Source: a virus (taxonomy: Duplodnaviria; Caudoviricetes). Taken from it: DNA of 64,000 nucleotides. The first letter of the stretch is position 1, and every line of letters starts with the position of its first letter. The position numbers and the translations under genes were made by a program. Under the pieces are notes generated by a model. The model was not told the origin of the DNA and searched no databases. It saw only the letters and a program-made list of their open reading frames with translations. Shown one piece after another: positions 59,831 to 64,000 of the stretch. The stretch is from the IMG/VR virus record IMGVR_UViG_3300033233_001970; one strand, 5' to 3'.

Positions 59831-61027
59831 ATGGCGTGGATCGACATCTCCGCTTCCGGACTTTTGAAGGACGGCGGCGTGTACCAAATCGGCATCGTCA
59901 CATCTCCCACGTGGACCGTCGACATCGTCAAGACAAAGTTCGAGTCCGCCCCTCCTGGTCTTCCGGGTGGCGCCTTCAGCATCGATTCGGTTACGCCGGG
60001 ATCTTCAAGCGGTACCGTCAAAAGCTGGAAATTCCTCGGCACGTGGCACGGTGCGCCCGTAGTCGTAAGTCGGAAGCCTGCGGACACGCCGGACGTGCAG
60101 TACGCCGCCGTCTTCGAACAGGTGCCCGACCCTCCGCCTCCTCCGCCGAAGCCCAATGCGGAGTCCGACACGTCACTTCCCGTCGCCGGAGGCAGTTCGA
60201 AGTCATGGCCCGTGGTGCTCGGGCTTCTCGCGTTGGGAGGGCTCCTGGGCGGCGGAACGTATTTTTTCCTGAAACAAAAAGCGTACGCGACGAGCAATCC
60301 GAAACGCGACTATCCTTACATCTCTTCTCCAAGCGGTAGGTACATTCTGTCACGAGACGGAAAAATCGTGACGCGCGGTACCGAACAAGAAATATGGAAG
60401 TACCTGCACACCACGCACGGCTACAGCGTCGAGCACGCAATCAAATACGAAGGCTACAAAATACAGCCCGATTTGACGCTCCCGCCGAAGCGTAATCCTG
60501 TCGAGCCCTTCGAATACGAGCGTTACCAGCATGGTGGCGTTGACGTCGAGATCAGTCTGAGTCGTCTCGACCCATGTACCAAGTATCCCGAAATGCGCAA
60601 AGCTCTGGGCGATCTCGCTTGTCCAGGTGATTTGTATTACGGGCGAGCCATTTCGCCTACGGGTCACGAGCTCGTGGTGACTGCACGAACATCGACGGGT
60701 GCTCGCCGCATGATCGAAGCCGAGGTCGATCGACGTTGGCTCGGATCGCGCCATCTCGCGAATCCCGTTCGTTACGAAACAACGTTCGACCACCACGGGG
60801 TTCCCGTTCACGTTCACCGTGAAGACATCGACGGTCGGGCCACGTACTGCGCCGACTACCGCGCTGTCGAAATGACTCTTCCTGGCTCTGGCGGCGTCGT
60901 GTGTGGTCCCGACAAGTCTGAAGCCATGAACGAGGCCAAAAGACGTATCGACGCGCTCGGGTGGCGCAGTCGAACCATGGCGAGTCGGGCGCCGCGATTT
61001 CGAACACGTTCACGATCAGGATATTGA
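59831..61027 (+). CDS. modular membrane protein with three NP-linked C-terminal domains
   Basis: Poly-Pro linker, TM, TSNP, KRNP, LANP. Confidence 0.8.
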   Translation: MAWIDISASGLLKDGGVYQIGIVTSPTWTVDIVKTKFESAPPGLPGGAFSIDSVTPGSSSGTVKSWKFLGTWHGAPVVVSRKPADTPDVQYAAVFEQVPDPPPPPPKPNAESDTSLPVAGGSSKSWPVVLGLLALGGLLGGGTYFFLKQKAYATSNPKRDYPYISSPSGRYILSRDGKIVTRGTEQEIWKYLHTTHGYSVEHAIKYEGYKIQPDLTLPPKRNPVEPFEYERYQHGGVDVEISLSRLDPCTKYPEMRKALGDLACPGDLYYGRAISPTGHELVVTARTSTGARRMIEAEVDRRWLGSRHLANPVRYETTFDHHGVPVHVHREDIDGRATYCADYRAVEMTLPGSGGVVCGPDKSEAMNEAKRRIDALGWRSRTMASRAPRFRTRSRSGY

Positions 61028-61030
61028 ATC

Positions 61031-61756
61031 ATGACTATACGCGCCAGATACCACGTCGCTTTCGCTGCCGACAGTTACCCAGTACCTCGCATTGCTGGTC
61101 CTCCTGGTCCTCCACCCGTAGGCGATCCGAATACGGTCGCCTTCTTCAGTCCAGGCGGAGTGTTGACCGACAACACCGCGCTCACGGCGGGCCAAGTTGA
61201 CGCCTTTCAGCGACCGCAAATTCATGATTTTCGCCTCGGGCCTACCAACCGTGGCGCGGTGTATCGCCTTGGCCGGTGGCAAGCCGACGGTGATCCAACA
61301 TCGGTTACGTCCGAGGGCTACGTCACATACGGACCGAACGCGCTCGGTACTGGACCGAGCCCCACCGACGGTGGATTAGGTTTCTACACACCAAACTCGT
61401 TCGGGGTGCTCGACATCATCAACGGCGTCAACGGCAACAACACGTTTTACCTGTGCGGGTTCGAGGACGGGGGACCGGCCGCTCCGTTCGGTCTCGACGG
61501 CTTCATCGTCAACGATAACCTCGCGGCGCCAATCTTTTGGGTCAAGCGCTCAGACAACTCAATCAACGCACGAACGCTTCGCGTCGGGTTCACCCCGGCA
61601 ACGACCGCGAAATGGTCAGCAGGGGCAGGGGCGCCCAACGGCGTTGTCGTTGGTAGCCCTGGCGATCTCTACTCGAACACGGCGGGCGGTGCCGGCACGA
61701 CATTGTGGGTCAAGGAGGCCGGCGTTGCGACGAACGTCGGATGGGTCGGTAAGTAA
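61031..61756 (+). CDS. fibre/spike-like protein, leader family 2
   Basis: HVAFAADSYP; C-terminal GAGAPNGVVVGSPGDLY...GGAGTTLWVKE...GW typical of tail-spike ends. Confidence 0.65.
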   Translation: MTIRARYHVAFAADSYPVPRIAGPPGPPPVGDPNTVAFFSPGGVLTDNTALTAGQVDAFQRPQIHDFRLGPTNRGAVYRLGRWQADGDPTSVTSEGYVTYGPNALGTGPSPTDGGLGFYTPNSFGVLDIINGVNGNNTFYLCGFEDGGPAAPFGLDGFIVNDNLAAPIFWVKRSDNSINARTLRVGFTPATTAKWSAGAGAPNGVVVGSPGDLYSNTAGGAGTTLWVKEAGVATNVGWVGK

Positions 61757-61759
61757 CTC

Positions 61760-62605
61760 ATGACCACACGAGCCAGACAGCACGTCGCCTTCGCTGCCGA
61801 CAACTACCCCACGCCTCATTTCGCGAGCCCAGGCCCTTCCGGCGATCCGAATGCCGTCGCGTTCTTCAGCCCGACAGGTGCCGCGCTCATCGACAACCCG
61901 CAATTCATCGTCGACAACTCTGATCCGAATAACCTCCGCGTTTACATCAACCAAACGGGCCCCGTACCCTACGCGCCTGCGACTCCGAGCGGCGCGGGGA
62001 TGCAGTACAGCAGCAATGTCGCTGGCCGCGCTGCGCTTCGTCTCTCGCAGTATGGAAACAACGGCGGGGCACAGAACGTCTCATTCTTCAAGTCGCGCGG
62101 AACCAACGTCGGAGACGAGGCCGCTCTTATAGCCGGCGACACCATCCTGAACCTCACCGGTGCTGGCGTCGCGGGTGACGGCCTGTCGGTTCCGCTCGCC
62201 GCCATTTTTGACGCCATCATCCCTGCGGGCGGCGTCTTCGCGCAGAGCATCTCGCCGGACTTCCGCTGGCAGCTCGCAAAGAGCGCCATCAACTCGCGTC
62301 GCGAGGTCTGGCGCATGGTCGGTCTGACCGGCGACTTCGTGATGAAGAACGCCGGTCAGCGCATTCTCATCAAAGAGGGCGCGAACGCGATGCAGGGCGT
62401 GGCAACAAACGGCGCCACTGTCCTGAACACACTCATCACGGCGAACACGCGCATCTCGCTCACGTGGCAGGACGGCGGAGGGGTGCCGTCTGGGGCGCCC
62501 TACGTGTCCGCGCGCGTCGTCGGAATAAGCTTTACGATTCAGAGTACGAACGTCCTTGATGCCGGCGTGAACGTCTTCTGGCAGCTCTGGGAGCCCGCGC
62601 CCTGA
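61760..62605 (+). CDS. fibre/spike-like protein, leader family 2
   Basis: HVAFAADNYP...GDPNAVAFFSP; KSRGT motif; C-terminus resembles that of 39576-41252. Confidence 0.65.
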   Translation: MTTRARQHVAFAADNYPTPHFASPGPSGDPNAVAFFSPTGAALIDNPQFIVDNSDPNNLRVYINQTGPVPYAPATPSGAGMQYSSNVAGRAALRLSQYGNNGGAQNVSFFKSRGTNVGDEAALIAGDTILNLTGAGVAGDGLSVPLAAIFDAIIPAGGVFAQSISPDFRWQLAKSAINSRREVWRMVGLTGDFVMKNAGQRILIKEGANAMQGVATNGATVLNTLITANTRISLTWQDGGGVPSGAPYVSARVVGISFTIQSTNVLDAGVNVFWQLWEPAP

Positions 62606-62622
62606 CCTGGTAGACTCGGCGT

Positions 62623-62892
62623 ATGGGAAAGGATTTCTGGGAGCGTTTCCTCGAGAAAATTCTCGGCCCGCACTACCAGCGCAACAGGTTCATTTGCAAA
62701 GCGTGCGTAAGGGACGGCGACAAGAAAGAGTACGTCGGGGTCTCGGACCTCGGCCTCTGCGGACGATGCCGAACAAATAACGCCGAATACCATCTGCGCC
62801 GGCAAGGTTTCGATTGCCCTATTTGCCGACAAAATCACATGGACGCTTGCAGCGAGCGCGCCATCAAGGCTCTCTTGCAGGGCGGCGCGTAA
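62623..62892 (+). CDS. zinc-finger protein
   Basis: CKAC, CGRC, CPIC. Confidence 0.65.
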   Translation: MGKDFWERFLEKILGPHYQRNRFICKACVRDGDKKEYVGVSDLGLCGRCRTNNAEYHLRRQGFDCPICRQNHMDACSERAIKALLQGGA

Positions 62893-63539
62893 TGGCTAGG
62901 CTCGCCGACGTCGCTTTCACCATGTCGCATTTTCGAGATATCGAAGATGTATCGCGTGAAGTATTCGGGCCGCTCTACGGCTCCAAAGAAGAGCAGCTCC
63001 AGGCGCTTCAAGCGTCGTATCGACGCATTAGCTTGGACATCCATCCCGATCGGTACGCGGGGCGTCCTGACGCCAATCTAGCGAACGAGACCTTCATCAA
63101 GATCACGCGCCTCCGCGATCAGATGGAAGCGCGCATTCGTGGCCAAGCTTTGCCTGCGCTTCCCGGCCCTCCTGGTTCTCACTATTCCGAAGAGCTCGTA
63201 ACGAGACGAAACACCGATCTTCGTCCTTGGTCGCCCGCACCACCTGAGCGCGAAACTACTGGTTACGACGAGCCTCCGTACCCACCGCTGCCGAATTGTG
63301 TATGCCTCGGACTTGCGCGGAAAAATCTCCCGTACCGCACCATTTTCTATTTTGCCAATCCCACTCAAGAGTACGCCACCATCAGCGGCCAGCGAAAAAA
63401 CCTCGTGACGCATGCCACGGAATGTACGTCCTATCGAAGCCTTTATTCTGCGACAACCAAGCAAGAGTCTACGTGGACGACCGGCGCCATGGCGGTGATG
63501 ATGCTTCGTGGATGGTACTGGCAGAAGATGGTTTTGTGA
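62892..63539 (+). CDS. J-domain (DnaJ-like) protein
   Basis: SYRRISLDIHPDR...ANETFIKI. Confidence 0.7.
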   Translation: MARLADVAFTMSHFRDIEDVSREVFGPLYGSKEEQLQALQASYRRISLDIHPDRYAGRPDANLANETFIKITRLRDQMEARIRGQALPALPGPPGSHYSEELVTRRNTDLRPWSPAPPERETTGYDEPPYPPLPNCVCLGLARKNLPYRTIFYFANPTQEYATISGQRKNLVTHATECTSYRSLYSATTKQESTWTTGAMAVMMLRGWYWQKMVL

Positions 63540-63551
63540 TACGCTCGCGTC

Positions 63552-64000
63552 ATGCCGATGATCGTGAAAAGACGCGTTATCCCAACGGGCGCTGGCTACA
63601 CGCAGCTCTCTGCAACGCGTACCGACATCACCGATCTCGACGAGCTCGCCGATATGCTCGATGTGCCTGGACCTGAGCAGTGGGGCGAGTGGATAGCCGA
63701 ATCGGAAGAAGTCTCGTACGAAGGCGGAGCCGCATACGACGGAGCCATCGAAGAAGGGCTCACGGAAGAAGAAGCCGAAAAGGCCAGAGATGCAGCCGAG
63801 CAGCAAGCCTCGGACGAGATTTACGAAAACTACGCCAACGCGCTCGTTTCTACCGTCAACCACTTCTTTGGGGAGCACGGACTTACCGTTGTTCCTGTTC
63901 GGCCCCACGTCGCAATTCCGTTCGAGTATCGGATCGTGCCGGAAAAGTCGTGGAGCGATGCAGCAGAAGCCATCATCGACACCATCAACGGCGTCGGAAC
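63552..64000 (+). CDS. acidic hypothetical protein, runs off the window end
   Basis: TGATACGCT-N6-ATG at 63552; open frame MPMIVKRRVIP... Confidence 0.7.
   Translation, partial: MPMIVKRRVIPTGAGYTQLSATRTDITDLDELADMLDVPGPEQWGEWIAESEEVSYEGGAAYDGAIEEGLTEEEAEKARDAAEQQASDEIYENYANALVSTVNHFFGEHGLTVVPVRPHVAIPFEYRIVPEKSWSDAAEAIIDTINGVG

Noticed and set aside
1-64000. tRNA, rRNA, integrase, transposase or att sites
   Set aside because: None recognisable by eye; a covariance-model scan would be needed to exclude small RNAs

Overview
GC-rich, very gene-dense segment of a large bacterial virus or prophage-like element. I found no rRNA, tRNA, CRISPR array, integrase, terminase or polymerase. Layout: (i) 0-11 kb, a + strand run of small, translationally coupled genes, including two HicB-like proteins, an RMF-like protein, DUF4326, Nudix and a DEDD exonuclease; (ii) seven Gly/Ala-rich fibre or spike-like genes with shared leaders (12-13.7, 35-41 and 61-62.6 kb); (iii) accessory enzymes: thaumatin-like, P-loop kinase, RadC, SGNH, radical SAM, nucleotidyltransferase, PTH2, CHAP-DUF192, alpha/beta-hydrolase-SprT, muramidase-like, DUF1906 and a J-domain; (iv) the most striking signal, about 30 genes between 13.7 and 61 kb whose N-termini and internal domain junctions carry a short [R/K/E/S/A/P/Q]-Asn-Pro tag (about 50 hand-counted). 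These proteins are assembled combinatorially from a few recurring modules (one ~100-aa module occurs 9 times), single membrane anchors and enzymes. This suggests an undescribed NP-tagged modular cargo or polyprotein system. Many transcription units start with TAnnnT exactly 6 nt before the ATG, consistent with leaderless mRNAs. Several single-base indels may be assembly errors. All family calls come from motif recognition by eye, not database searches.
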